From positions 320,001-384,000 of the forward strand of contig CBDAOI010000002.1 of the NCBI GenBank assembly GCA_965198005.1: a stretch of DNA of 64,000 nt. The letters run 5' to 3'. Under the pieces are notes generated by a model that did no database searches, was not told the origin of the DNA, and saw only the letters and a program-made list of their open reading frames with translations. The translations under genes were made by a program, and so were the position numbers. This document shows positions 20,512 to 30,735 of the stretch, piece after piece (position 1 is the stretch's first letter; each line of letters opens with the position of its first letter). The DNA comes from Spirochaetia bacterium. GTDB lineage: Bacteria > Spirochaetota > Spirochaetia > SZUA-6 > Bin103.

Positions 20512-21776
20512 CCAATGACGCCGGAGGCGAACAGCACTTCCATGTTCGGTGAGCCCTGCCAATCTCTAAGTCGCGGATGCGAATTGCCCGCTACGATGTC
20601 GGTTGCTCCGTCGGAATCCTTTGCGAAACAAAGAGCCTCTTCCAAATCCGCCATCCTGAGCACAACCGGGGAGTGGGTAGCAAGGAGAACCTGCGACTCG
20701 TAGACCGAAGTGAGTGACTGGAACACGCAATCTACCGCCAGTGGATGGATTCCATTCTCGGGTTCTTCCAAAATGTATATCTCATCCGATCCGGGCAAAT
20801 AGGCCGGGAGCGTCAGTGCCAACAATCTGAGCGTGCCGTCGGACGCCATCCACGACGGAACCTCCACGCCCGACCTGTAACGAAGCCGCAGATACGCGTG
20901 GCGGTCATCTTCGCGCTCCACGACGCCGACGTAGTCCAGTTCGGAGAGCGTCGTTTGCACGTGTGACAACCACTGCCGGTAGGACTCCGGATGCTCTCTT
21001 TCGAGCTTCTTGATCACCCATGGGAGGTTTGATCCATCCTGTGCGATGCCGTCTTCACGCTTTGCCGGTGGACTCGCTTCGCGCATCCGAAGGCTGTCAA
21101 GAAAGAACGACTTTATCGAGCTTCCCAGTAGCTTCTTCACGTAGGTCGAGACTGGGAAACTCGTTGGTGATTCAGGGAGATTCCCGAGAGCCGAGCGGCG
21201 ATGCCCGAACGCGATACTCGTCGCCCATCCCTTCCCCGACTTGGAGGACGTCTCGAGGTTGAAATTGTCCTTGGCCTGACTCGACTTGCTCAATATGGTG
21301 CGCCATCCCCGCCGGTTTCCGCCGACCAGTATGGACGATGGAGGTTGCATTGGTTCGGGAAAGAGTTCGCGCTGGGCTGGCTCTTGTGATTCTCGCACAG
21401 GCGTCAGTATACCACGTTCCGAGTCGATTCTTATGTCACCACCGGTCTCTGTTATCGCTACTTCGTAGCGGAAAACGCGATAGTCTCGTTCCGGCGGCAA
21501 CAGTTCCCGGAGGTCTTCCGGGATGTCGAACTCTACCGCGAGCTCGAAGCCCAGACGGTCCCTCGGCCGCCCCCATACCAAATCCTGAAAATTGCTTGTG
21601 CGGCTGTCGACGGCTTTCTCAAGCCCTGTGGACACCAAGTCCCCGAGGAAGGCAATGACATCAAACAGCGTGCTCTTGCCGCTTGCGTTGGGGCCTACGA
21701 GGACGTGGAAACGATCGAGCTCGACATCCACGTACCGCAAACAGCGGTAGTTGAGGGCCTGGAGGCGCCGGATCAT
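20508..21776 (-). CDS. MAD3-like AAA/ABC-type ATPase
   Basis: LNYRCLRY, GPNASGKS, SDGTLRLL, LEEPENGIHP, LATHSP. Confidence 0.82.
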   Translation of the reverse strand: MIRRLQALNYRCLRYVDVELDRFHVLVGPNASGKSTLFDVIAFLGDLVSTGLEKAVDSRTSNFQDLVWGRPRDRLGFELAVEFDIPEDLRELLPPERDYRVFRYEVAITETGGDIRIDSERGILTPVRESQEPAQRELFPEPMQPPSSILVGGNRRGWRTILSKSSQAKDNFNLETSSKSGKGWATSIAFGHRRSALGNLPESPTSFPVSTYVKKLLGSSIKSFFLDSLRMREASPPAKREDGIAQDGSNLPWVIKKLEREHPESYRQWLSHVQTTLSELDYVGVVEREDDRHAYLRLRYRSGVEVPSWMASDGTLRLLALTLPAYLPGSDEIYILEEPENGIHPLAVDCVFQSLTSVYESQVLLATHSPVVLRMADLEEALCFAKDSDGATDIVAGNSHPRLRDWQGSPNMEVLFASGVIG

Positions 21777-21889
21777 GGTACAGCCTCAACACTACCACAG
21801 ATGCGGAGCGTCAAGAATCGAGGAGCGGCGCCAGCGGAATTGCCGGAGACTCACGAGCACACGAGCACGGCACGCGGTATACTGACGGC

Positions 21890-22525
21890 ATGGTGGCAAC
21901 GAAGCACCCCACCCTGGCTGCGTCGGCCACACAGGACGCGCTGGCATCCCTCTTGAGCGACGTCCTGCCAAAGCAGGGAGCCTGGAGCGACGATGCCTAC
22001 CTGTGGCTCACCGACCACGGAAACCGTCTGATCGAGTTCACCGACGGCCACCTCGAGGAATTGCCGATGCCCACCTCCAGCCATCAACTGGTCCTGCTGT
22101 TCCTCTACGACCTGTTCCACACCTACCTGAAGCCTCGCGGCGGGGTCGTGCTGGTGGCCGCGTTGCGCATGCGCATCCGCGCGGGCAAGTTCCGCGAACC
22201 CGACCTGTTGCTGCTCCTGGACCGCACCGACTCCCGCTTCCGGAACCGCTACTGGCAGGGCGCGGACCTGGTGGTTGAGGTCGTCAGCCCCGACAACCCC
22301 GGGCGCGACCTCGTGGAGAAGCGGGTCGACTACGCCGAGGCGGGCATCCCGGAGTATTGGATCGCGGACCCGCGCGACCAGACCATCACCGTGCTCACGC
22401 TCAGGGGCGACGAGTACGTCGAGCATGGCGTGTACTCCCGCGGCGGTGCGGCGAGGTCGCTGTTGCTCGACGGCTTCTCCGCCGACGTTGCCTCCGTGTT
22501 CGACGCCGCGGAGTCCGGCACGTAA
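21890..22525 (+). CDS. Uma2 family (DUF820) endonuclease
   Basis: REPDL, ADLVVEVVSP, EKRVDYAEAGIPEYWIADP; -10 TATACT 6 nt before the ATG. Confidence 0.92.
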   Translation: MVATKHPTLAASATQDALASLLSDVLPKQGAWSDDAYLWLTDHGNRLIEFTDGHLEELPMPTSSHQLVLLFLYDLFHTYLKPRGGVVLVAALRMRIRAGKFREPDLLLLLDRTDSRFRNRYWQGADLVVEVVSPDNPGRDLVEKRVDYAEAGIPEYWIADPRDQTITVLTLRGDEYVEHGVYSRGGAARSLLLDGFSADVASVFDAAESGT

Positions 22526-22535
22526 GGAGGGTCGT

Positions 22536-23486
22536 TCACCCGGTCACCGCGGCGCGTTGGGCCAACACGAATCCGGTGAGGGCGTCGAGCGCGGTGCGTG
22601 CCTCGGAGTCGGGCAGAGCCGCGAGCGCGGCCTGCGCCCGGGCACCGTGGGCGCGGGCGCGGGCAGCCGGGGCCAGACCGTTGGTGGCGGGGGCGTCCTG
22701 GTCCATCTGGTCGTCCATCAACTGGAAGGCGAGCCCGAACTGGAGACCGAACTCGCCAGCGGTCGTGATCTGGGGCTCGGTGCCGCCACCGACCAGGGCG
22801 CCGGCGGCACAGCAGGCGGACATCAGCGCGGCGGTCTTGCTGCGGATGATCGCCAGGTAGTCGTCGATGGTGACCTCCAGCTCGTAGCGCTTGGCGCCGT
22901 GCTGAAAGATCTCACCCTGGCTCATGGTCTTGGTGACGGCACAGAACACCTGCACCAGCCGCAGCCGTTGCGCGGCCGGCAATGGCAGCTCCGCGATCAG
23001 CGTGAAGAACTGGGAGTAGAGCACGTCGCCCACCAGCACGGCGATGGCGGTGCCGAACTCGCGGTAGAGCGCCGCGTGCGCGCGCCGGGTCAGCGCGCGA
23101 TCGATGATGTCGTCGTGAATCAGCGACGCCGCGTGCACCAGCTCGGCCGCCACCGCCATGCCGAGGAGCGGCGGCGGGGCGCTCGCGCCGCCCCCGCCGG
23201 GGGCGCCCACCGCCTTGCCGGCGAGCAGCACCAGCGCTGGGCGCAGCAACTTGCCGCGCATGGCGCTGAGCGTGGCGATTACCTCCCTGAGGTACGCGTG
23301 CCGCTCGATCAGCTTGTCGTGCTGCTCGGCGAGCGACCGGATCTGGCGCTCCAGCCCGGCCTCCACGCGCCGCAGGTCCGCCGCAATCGGGCGGTAGATC
23401 CGGGCGAGCGCGGCGGAGCGGTCGCCCTGCGCGGCGTCCGAAGTTCCGGCCGCGGCGGCGGGGGTGGTCGAACGCGGCGCAGCCAG
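22536..23486 (-). CDS. Polyprenyl diphosphate synthase family protein (short C-terminus)
   Basis: GKLLRP, ASLIHDDIID, GDVL, SKTAAL, AFQLMDDQMD. Homology (IYRPIAADL) extends upstream of the GTG at 23366; start uncertain (CTG 23486). Confidence 0.8.
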   Translation of the reverse strand: MAAPRSTTPAAAAGTSDAAQGDRSAALARIYRPIAADLRRVEAGLERQIRSLAEQHDKLIERHAYLREVIATLSAMRGKLLRPALVLLAGKAVGAPGGGGASAPPPLLGMAVAAELVHAASLIHDDIIDRALTRRAHAALYREFGTAIAVLVGDVLYSQFFTLIAELPLPAAQRLRLVQVFCAVTKTMSQGEIFQHGAKRYELEVTIDDYLAIIRSKTAALMSACCAAGALVGGGTEPQITTAGEFGLQFGLAFQLMDDQMDQDAPATNGLAPAARARAHGARAQAALAALPDSEARTALDALTGFVLAQRAAVTG

Positions 23487-23487
23487 A

Positions 23488-24708
23488 TCAGAACTCGTCG
23501 TAGCGGATCATCTCGGGTTCGACGCCGAGGTCGTAGAGCATCTTCTGCACCGCGGTCAGCATCAGCGGCGGGCCGCACAGGTAGTACTCAATGTCCTCCG
23601 GCGCCTCCTGCTTGCCCAGGTACTCGTCCAGCACCACCTGGTGGATGAAGCCCACCGGACCGTCCCAGTTGTCTTCGGGCAGCGGCTCCGACAGCGCAAT
23701 GTGGAAGGAGAAATTGGGGAACTTCTGCTCGATGTCGCGGAAGTGGTCCTCGTAGAAGATCTCGCGCTTGGAGCGCGCACCGTACCAGTAGGAGACCTTG
23801 CGCCCGGTCTTGAGAGTGTGGAACAGGTGGAAGACGTGGGCGCGCAGCGGCGCCATGCCGGCACCGCCGCCGACGTATACCATCTCCCGATCCGTTTCCT
23901 GGATAAAGAACTCCCCGTACGGACCTGAAATAGTCACCACGTCGCCCGGCTTGCGCGCGTACACGTAGGAGGAGGCCAGCCCCGGCTGCACCTGCATGCC
24001 GCGCGGCGGCGTGGCGACGCGCACGTTGAGCATCACGATGTTGCCCTCGGCCGGGTGGTTGGCCATCGAATAGGCGCGCTGAATCGGCATCGTGTTCTTG
24101 GCGCTGAGGGAGAACAGTTTCATCCGCTGCCAGTCTTCGAGGAACTCCTCCTCGATCTCGATGTCCTTGGCGAAGTCGATCTCGTAGGGGGGCACTTCGA
24201 TCTGGACGTAGCCGCCCGACTTGTGGTTGAGCTCCTCGCCCTCGGGCATGCGCAGCACGAACTCGCGGATGAAGGTGGCCACGCTCTCGTTGGAGATCAC
24301 TTCGCACTGCCACTTGTTGATCGAGAACACCTCGTCCGGCACCTGCACCTGCAGGTCGTCGCGCACCTTGACCTGGCACGACAGCCGCCAGTTGTCCTTG
24401 GCGTCGCGGAAGTTGACGTGCTGCTGCTCGGTCGGCAGGATGTCGCCGCCGCCGGCCAGCACTTGGCAGCGGCACACCCCGCAGGTGCCGCCGCCGCCGC
24501 ACGCCGACGGCAGCATCACGCCATTGCTCGACAGGGTGTTGAGCAGGGTGCCGCCGGCATCGGTCTCGATCGCGCCCTGCTCGTCGCCGTTGATGGTGAT
24601 CTTGACCTTGCGCTGCGGCCGCAGCCGCGCCTCGGCGACCAGCAGGGCGACCGTGAGCAACCCGATCACCGCCGGGAATACGACAATGCTTCCCAATACC
24701 TGCAACAT
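23488..24708 (-). CDS. nqrF: Na+-translocating NADH:quinone reductase subunit F
   Basis: SACGGGGTCGVC, RAYSMAN, GGGAGMAPLR, YLCGPP. Confidence 0.97.
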   Translation of the reverse strand: MLQVLGSIVVFPAVIGLLTVALLVAEARLRPQRKVKITINGDEQGAIETDAGGTLLNTLSSNGVMLPSACGGGGTCGVCRCQVLAGGGDILPTEQQHVNFRDAKDNWRLSCQVKVRDDLQVQVPDEVFSINKWQCEVISNESVATFIREFVLRMPEGEELNHKSGGYVQIEVPPYEIDFAKDIEIEEEFLEDWQRMKLFSLSAKNTMPIQRAYSMANHPAEGNIVMLNVRVATPPRGMQVQPGLASSYVYARKPGDVVTISGPYGEFFIQETDREMVYVGGGAGMAPLRAHVFHLFHTLKTGRKVSYWYGARSKREIFYEDHFRDIEQKFPNFSFHIALSEPLPEDNWDGPVGFIHQVVLDEYLGKQEAPEDIEYYLCGPPLMLTAVQKMLYDLGVEPEMIRYDEF

Positions 24709-24738
24709 GCTCTCTCTCCCCGTCTCTCCCCGGCCCGC

Positions 24739-25350
24739 CTACAGTTGGATGCCGGAGAATGCCATGAAGCCGACCGACATCAAGCCGGTCAACAACATCG
24801 TCATCCCCAATCCGCGCAACGCCGGCGGCACGTTGGAGTAGCGGATTTTCTCGCGAATCGAGGCCAGGGCGATGATCGCCAGGGCCCAGCCCACTCCCGA
24901 GGACAGCCCGAACACCACCGACTCGCTGAAGTTGTAGCTGCGCTCCACCATGAACAGCGACCCCCCGAGAATCGAACAGTTCACCGTAATCAGCGGCAGG
25001 TAGATGCCCAGCGCGTGGTACAGGTTGGTCGAAGTTTTTTCGATGACCATCTCCACGAGCTGCACCATGGCCGCGATCACGGCGATGAAGGCGATGAAGT
25101 TGAGAAAGCTCAGGTCCACCTCGGCCATCGCCGGGCTGACCCAGGCCAGGCTGCCCGCCTTGAGCAGGTACTCGTGCATCGCCCAGTTGATCGGCACCGT
25201 GATGCCGAGTACGAAGATCACCGCGAATCCCAGGCCGATGGCGGTCTTGACCTGCTTGGAGACCGCCAGGAACGAGCACATCCCCAGGAAGAAGGCCAGC
25301 AGGATGTTCTCGACGAAGATCGCCTTGAGCGCCAGGTTGATCAGTGCCAT
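24739..25350 (-). CDS. nqrE: Na+-NQR subunit E
   Basis: [27 protein letters not shown]. Confidence 0.96.
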   Translation of the reverse strand: MALINLALKAIFVENILLAFFLGMCSFLAVSKQVKTAIGLGFAVIFVLGITVPINWAMHEYLLKAGSLAWVSPAMAEVDLSFLNFIAFIAVIAAMVQLVEMVIEKTSTNLYHALGIYLPLITVNCSILGGSLFMVERSYNFSESVVFGLSSGVGWALAIIALASIREKIRYSNVPPALRGLGMTMLLTGLMSVGFMAFSGIQL

Positions 25351-25409
25351 GTTCTCTTACACCCCCCGTTATCGCCGCACTCTCGTGTCCGGTTGACCGT
25401 CGCCATCGC

Positions 25410-26084
25410 CTACGCCTCCTCGGTGTAGCCGCTCATGCGGCGTTGCGCCCAGATCAGGAGGCCCATCAGGATGAACGCCCCCGGAGCCAGCACCATCAGC
25501 CCGTTGTCCACGTAGCCGGCGTTGTACAGCCCCTGCGGGATCACCTGCAATCCATAGATCTTCCCACTCCCGAACAGCTCTCTCAAGAACCCGACGGCGA
25601 GGATCACCAGGGCGTAACCCAGGCCGTTGCCCAGGGCGTCCAGCACGCTCGGCCACGGCTTGTTGGTCATCGCGAACGCCTCCAGCCGGCCCATGATGAT
25701 GCAGTTGGTGATGATCAGGGCCACGAACACCGAGAGCTGGCGCGAGACGTCGAACGCGTACGCCTTGAGCACCTGGTCGACCAGCGCCACCAGCGACGCC
25801 ACCACCGTCATCTGCACGATGATGCGCACGTTGTTGGGAATCAGGTTGCGCATCAGCGAGATGACCAGGTTCGATGACACCAGCACGAAGATCACCGCGA
25901 TCCCCATCACCAGCGACGGCTTGACCTGGGTGGTGACCGCCAGCGCCGAGCAGATGCCGAGCACCTGGATGGTGATCGGGTTGTTGTCCGACAGCGGGTC
26001 CTTGAGCACCGTCCGGTTCTGCGGTGAGAACAGGGGCTCGCGCTCCTTGGCCGGTGCCTGTGGGAGTACCTTGGGATCTGCCAT
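25410..26084 (-). CDS. nqrD: Na+-NQR subunit D
   Basis: [29 protein letters not shown]. Confidence 0.96.
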   Translation of the reverse strand: MADPKVLPQAPAKEREPLFSPQNRTVLKDPLSDNNPITIQVLGICSALAVTTQVKPSLVMGIAVIFVLVSSNLVISLMRNLIPNNVRIIVQMTVVASLVALVDQVLKAYAFDVSRQLSVFVALIITNCIIMGRLEAFAMTNKPWPSVLDALGNGLGYALVILAVGFLRELFGSGKIYGLQVIPQGLYNAGYVDNGLMVLAPGAFILMGLLIWAQRRMSGYTEEA

Positions 26085-26836
26085 TACTTCACCTCCGCCT
26101 GAGTCTCGGCTCGTACCCGTCTGATATAAGGTTCGTAGATTGCGAGTTTTTCTTCCAGCAGGTTGGTCACGCCGCGGCCGGTCATGCTGGCGCCGCTGAT
26201 GCCGTCGACCGCGTAGGTGTGATCGGCGGCGTTGGAGAACACGTCCGCCACCTTGCCCTTGACCACCTGAATCGAGCGCAGCGCGCTGCCGTCGAAGATG
26301 CGCTTGCCGACGAAGTTGGCCTGGAACCAGGCCTGGTCGATCTCGGCGCCGAGCCCGGCGGTCTCGGCGTGGTCGTAGAAAGTCATGCCGCGCACCGTGT
26401 CAAGGTCGGCCTCCAGGGCCAGGTAGCCGTACAGGGTGGACCACAGTCCCATGCCGTGCACGGGGATGGCGTACACGCTCGCCCTGCCGCCCTCGGTGAC
26501 CACGAACACCGGCAGCCGCCAAGCGGCCGCGTCGGGGTTCTCCAGCTCGTCCTCCAGGTCCACTCCCTCGGCGCTGAAGCCGGGAATCACCTTGCCCTCA
26601 TGATCCACCAGGAAGCTCTCCACCGAGTCGTCATAGAGCTGATTGAGCGCGTCCGGTTCGAGCCCTTGGTCGCGCTCCATCAGCCCCAACGCCAGCAGGA
26701 TGTTGGTGCGCATGTTGAGCGTCTCGTTGGCCTGCTGCGGCTCGCGCAGCGAGGTGGCGGCGAACGAGAGCACGAACCCCCAGAACACCGTGATGATCAG
26801 GACGAACACCACCGAATAGAGTTTGCTGCGATTCAT
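26084..26836 (-). CDS. nqrC: Na+-NQR subunit C
   Basis: [23 protein letters not shown]. Confidence 0.93.
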   Translation of the reverse strand: MNRSKLYSVVFVLIITVFWGFVLSFAATSLREPQQANETLNMRTNILLALGLMERDQGLEPDALNQLYDDSVESFLVDHEGKVIPGFSAEGVDLEDELENPDAAAWRLPVFVVTEGGRASVYAIPVHGMGLWSTLYGYLALEADLDTVRGMTFYDHAETAGLGAEIDQAWFQANFVGKRIFDGSALRSIQVVKGKVADVFSNAADHTYAVDGISGASMTGRGVTNLLEEKLAIYEPYIRRVRAETQAEVK

Positions 26837-26846
26837 CTTCCCACAC

Positions 26847-28085
26847 TCACTCCGCGACCCGCGCGTCCGGCGCCGCGGCCGGTGTCGCCACGGGAACCGC
26901 CCGCGCCAGCCGTTGCTTGACGTTGGCGCGCACCACGAAGTGGTCGATCAGCGGCGCGAACATGTTCATGAACAGTATCGCCAGCATCACCCCTTCGGGG
27001 AACGCCGGGTTGAGAATCCGGACCAGGATCGACAGTACGCCGCACAGGAACCCGTAGATCCACTTGCCGGCGTCGGTGGCGGCGGCGGACACCGGATCGG
27101 TGGCCATGTAGGCCAGGCCGAAGGCGAAGCCGCCCAGGGTCAGGTGATAGTGGATGGGAAGCGCCAGAAAGTGGCCCGGATGCGGGGCGGCGAGATTGAG
27201 GATCGCGGCCATCGCCACGCCGCCGATCAGCATCGACAGCATGATGCGCCAGCTCCCGACCCCGGTGATCAGCAGCAGGCCGATGCCGAGCAGAATCGCC
27301 AGCGTCGAGGTTTCTCCAATGCTTCCGGGAATCAGCCCGATGAAGGAATTCCACCAGGTCACGCCCTGGGCGGCGAGCACGTCGACGATCGGCGTCTCCG
27401 CCCCTTCGGCGACTACCGCCAACGGACTTGCGGAAGAAAAACCGTCCAGGGCCACCCACACCCGGTCGCCGGAGATCTGCGCCGGGTAGGCGAAGAACAG
27501 GAACGCGCGCACCACCAGCGCCGGGTTGAAGATGTTCATGCCGGTGCCGCCGAAGATCTCCTTGCCGATGACCACCCCGAAGCTGGTGGCGATGGCGAGC
27601 TGCCACCAGGGAATGGTGGGCGGCACGATCAGCGCGATCAGGAAGCCCGACACCAGGAACCCCTCGCTCACCTCGTGGCGGCGGATCACCGCGAACAGGA
27701 ACTCCCAGCCCAGCCCCACGGCGTAGGTGACGATCAGGATCGGCAGGAAGCGAATCAGACCTTGCACCACCGCCTGGATGAAGGTGAAGTTCGCCCCCAT
27801 GGCGCATACCTCGGCGCCCGATGCCATGCACTCCGCCAGCAGCCGTTGGAAACCGATGTTGAAGATGCCCACCAGGGTGGGCGGGATCAGGGCGAAGATC
27901 ACGGTCACCATCATCCGCTTGGAGTCGAAGTCGTCGCGGATGTGGGCGCCCGCCCTGGTCCGGTTGGGCAACACGAACGCCAGGGTCGCGAACGCGTCGT
28001 ACGCCGGATACAGCTTCTCCAGCTTGCCGCCCTTCTCGAACAGCGGTTCGACCCGCTCCAACAACCCCTTCAGCAACTGCTGCAC
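26847..28085 (-). CDS. nqrB: Na+-NQR subunit B
   Basis: HIRD..DSKRMM, KEIFGGTGMNIFNPAL, GSIGETS, MATDPVS. Confidence 0.96.
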   Translation of the reverse strand: MQQLLKGLLERVEPLFEKGGKLEKLYPAYDAFATLAFVLPNRTRAGAHIRDDFDSKRMMVTVIFALIPPTLVGIFNIGFQRLLAECMASGAEVCAMGANFTFIQAVVQGLIRFLPILIVTYAVGLGWEFLFAVIRRHEVSEGFLVSGFLIALIVPPTIPWWQLAIATSFGVVIGKEIFGGTGMNIFNPALVVRAFLFFAYPAQISGDRVWVALDGFSSASPLAVVAEGAETPIVDVLAAQGVTWWNSFIGLIPGSIGETSTLAILLGIGLLLITGVGSWRIMLSMLIGGVAMAAILNLAAPHPGHFLALPIHYHLTLGGFAFGLAYMATDPVSAAATDAGKWIYGFLCGVLSILVRILNPAFPEGVMLAILFMNMFAPLIDHFVVRANVKQRLARAVPVATPAAAPDARVAE

Positions 28086-28108
28086 GTCATCTGGCTCCTA
28101 CGTAGCTC

Positions 28109-29458
28109 CTACGTCTCGCGCTCGATGAAGTCGAGCCCGCGGCGCGTGATCTGTTGCCACTCGATCTTCGAGGGGCAGATGTACTCGCAGAGGGCCACGT
28201 CCTCCTCCGCGATCTCGTGAATGCCCAATCCCTCCATCTGGGGGATGTCCTCGGCGAGGATGCTCTTCATCAGGAACTCCGGGTGGATGTCGATCGGCAG
28301 CACCTCGCGGTAGATGCCGGTGGCGATGAAGGCGCGCTCGCCGCCGTGCAGCCCGGTATGCTTGCGCACCGGGCGCGCCGGCGCCAGCCAGGAGGAGAGG
28401 AAGGTGCGCGAGCGGCTGCCGGCCTTGAATCCGGGCAGCGCCCAGCCGATCAGCTCCGGCTCCACCACCTCCGGCAGCAGGGTCAGCGAGCTGTCGAAGA
28501 ACCCCAGGAAGCCGGCCGGCGTGATCTGACGGCCGGTAAGCGGGTTGCCGGAGATGAAGCGGGTGGCGGCCGGGTCGCCGGCGGGTCCGGCAAGCCCCTC
28601 GACCTGGGCGCCGTGGACGGTGCGCAGGTAGCCGCGCCGGGCGGCCGCGGAGCCGCTCACCGCGACCGTGACCATGGGATCGACCGCGCCGTCGGCGAAC
28701 AGCGACCCGATCATCAGCACGCCCTTGAGCGGACAGGTCCAGACCACGTCGTTGCGGCCGGCGATCGGCGCGACGTGGTGAACGTGCACCCCCACGTTGC
28801 CGGCCGGATGCGGCCCGCTGAACGTGTGTACCTGGAGGTTGCCGATGGCCGACAGGTCCGGCAGCGGCGGCCCGTCGGGGGCCACCCCGACGTGCAGCGC
28901 GCCCGGCGTCAGCGCCGCCAGGGCGCGCAGGCCGAGCACCAGGTGCTGCTCGCGGCCGGCCAGCAGCAGCTCGGGCTGCGCGCCCAGGGGCGCGGTGTCC
29001 ATGACCGACACGAACAGGTCGCGCGGCACGTCGGCGGGGTTCGCCAAGCGGGCCAGCGGGCGCTGCACCAGGAACGGGAACAGGCCGGAGCGCAACAGCG
29101 CATCGAGCACTGCCTCGCGGCCGGCATCGGGACGCGGTACCGGAAACGACTCGCGCTCGCCGGCGCCGTCGGTCCGGATCACCACCTCGTGGATGGCGCG
29201 GCGCGGTCCGCGCTGGACGTTCACCACCATCCCGCTCGCGGGCGCGGTGAACAGCACGTCGGGGTACGTCTTGTCGTGAAAGATCGGGGTCCCGAGCTTG
29301 ACCTGATCGCCCTCGGCCACGTCCATGCGCGCGATCAGGCCGTGGAAGTCGAGCGGCTTGATCGCCACGCTGCGTGGCGCCGGCGCGTCGGTGATCGACG
29401 GCTCGGCCGCTCCCTCGAGCGCGATGTCGTAGCCCCGTCTAAGCTTTATCGTTGACAT
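28109..29458 (-). CDS. nqrA: Na+-NQR subunit A
   Basis: IKLRRGYDIALEG, GPHPAGNVG, EEDVALCEYICPSK. Confidence 0.96.
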   Translation of the reverse strand: MSTIKLRRGYDIALEGAAEPSITDAPAPRSVAIKPLDFHGLIARMDVAEGDQVKLGTPIFHDKTYPDVLFTAPASGMVVNVQRGPRRAIHEVVIRTDGAGERESFPVPRPDAGREAVLDALLRSGLFPFLVQRPLARLANPADVPRDLFVSVMDTAPLGAQPELLLAGREQHLVLGLRALAALTPGALHVGVAPDGPPLPDLSAIGNLQVHTFSGPHPAGNVGVHVHHVAPIAGRNDVVWTCPLKGVLMIGSLFADGAVDPMVTVAVSGSAAARRGYLRTVHGAQVEGLAGPAGDPAATRFISGNPLTGRQITPAGFLGFFDSSLTLLPEVVEPELIGWALPGFKAGSRSRTFLSSWLAPARPVRKHTGLHGGERAFIATGIYREVLPIDIHPEFLMKSILAEDIPQMEGLGIHEIAEEDVALCEYICPSKIEWQQITRRGLDFIERET

Positions 29459-29528
29459 TACCTATTTGGAGATAGCGGCGGGGGCCGTCCGCCGGCGGTT
29501 GGCGCACTGGTGCCCGCGTCCCGTGCTA

Positions 29529-29557
29529 TATATAGAGAATAAACCGTCGGGGTGCAA
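29529..29557 (-). promoter_or_regulatory. Candidate sigma70 promoter of the nqr operon
   Basis: TTGCAC-17 bp-TATATA on the minus strand. Confidence 0.45.
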
Positions 29558-29701
29558 GCAGTACAACCCACCGACGGCGTGAATCCCATCAAATTCCTGA
29601 AGTCTGGCCCCCGGCGGCCTCAACGGCGAGCGCAGCCACCGGCGACGGCCTCCGGCGTCAGGTTCCCGCTTGGGGAGCGGCGCCGGGCCGGTCGCGGGGC
29701 G

Positions 29702-30051
29702 TCAGGCCTCCGCGTTCGGGGCGGCGCCGGCCAGCAGCGCTTCAATCCGGGCGCGGTGCGGCATGGAGGGCTGCGCCCCTTCCTGCCGCACCGACAGCGC
29801 GGCAGCGGCGGGCAGCCGCTCCACGTAGACCACCAGATCGGTGTTGATCGAACCCACCACACACACCGCAGCCGCCGCAGCCCGGCGCGCGCCGCCCGCA
29901 CCCAACCCGGAAGCTCCACCCGCAGGTCGTCCTGCTCCCCGTGATAGCGGGTCACGATCGCCCCCGCCTCCACGTCCCTCGTCACCCACGCGTTGGCGCC
30001 GATGATCGAGCCCCGCCCGAGCCGCGTGCGCCCCAGGATGGTCGCCCCCGA
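29702..30051 (-). pseudogene. Diverged remnant of the cysE 3' end plus an internally deleted ribokinase
   Basis: Closely matches ~40675-40918 joined to ~39690-39785; the cysE stop is mutated. Confidence 0.85.
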
Positions 30052-30129
30052 CATGCAGCGGGTCATGGCGGCCATCATTCCTCGGCATCTGGCCGCGGCG
30101 CAGTCACTTCCGAGTGACACAGGGACCGG

Positions 30130-30735
30130 CTACGCGCCGCTGCGAGCCGGACTGCGCTGACCGAAGGTGCGCGGCGTGAAGCCTTCGGGGTTGGTGATGC
30201 TCGCGCTGCTGCCGGTGGCCCGGATCACGTACAGTCCCTGCCGCCCGGCATGGACCGTCACCGATCCATCCGCCTTCAGGTAGGCCACCGCCCCGTACGC
30301 TCGCCGGTCGTCGTATTCCGGCATCAGTTCCGGGAACTCCTGCAACCGCTCCACGAAATAATCGACGTCGGCGACCTTGAGCGTGGTCTTTACCTCCACC
30401 ACCACGACCTGCTCGCCGTTGACCGCCAGAATGTCGAACTCCCAGCGCCGCTCCCCGTAGTTCTTCTTCGGATTGGCTAGCGTGTGGTCCACTGCGATGC
30501 CGCGCTGATTCAGCAGGTGCACGAGGTCGCCCTCCACCAGGGACTCCATCAGCTTTCCCCACTGCCCGTTGAACAGCTCGTCAAGCCGGCGCAAGCGCAG
30601 GTCGGTCTCCTGCATGTGGCGGTCGGTCTCCTGCATGCGGCGGTCGGTCTCCTGCTGGCTCTCCGCTAACTCGCGCAGGATGTTCCAGATCTCCTCCGGC
30701 GTCGCCGGTTCCCGGTGTCCGTCGTGGTCAGCCAT
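30130..30735 (-). CDS. Coiled-coil PD-(D/E)XK nuclease-like protein (DUF3782-like)
   Basis: QETDRRM heptads, then WGKLMESLV, EFDILAVN, VVEVKTTL. Confidence 0.75.
   Translation of the reverse strand: MADHDGHREPATPEEIWNILRELAESQQETDRRMQETDRHMQETDLRLRRLDELFNGQWGKLMESLVEGDLVHLLNQRGIAVDHTLANPKKNYGERRWEFDILAVNGEQVVVVEVKTTLKVADVDYFVERLQEFPELMPEYDDRRAYGAVAYLKADGSVTVHAGRQGLYVIRATGSSASITNPEGFTPRTFGQRSPARSGA
30600..30655. repeat. 21-bp in-frame tandem repeat (about 3 copies)
   Basis: GGTCGGTCTCCTGC recurs with period 21 and encodes QETDxxM. Confidence 0.8.

Noticed and set aside
21810-21835. CGAGGAGC match to the ndk 3' end as an islet boundary repeat
   Set aside because: Only 8 bp; not significant.
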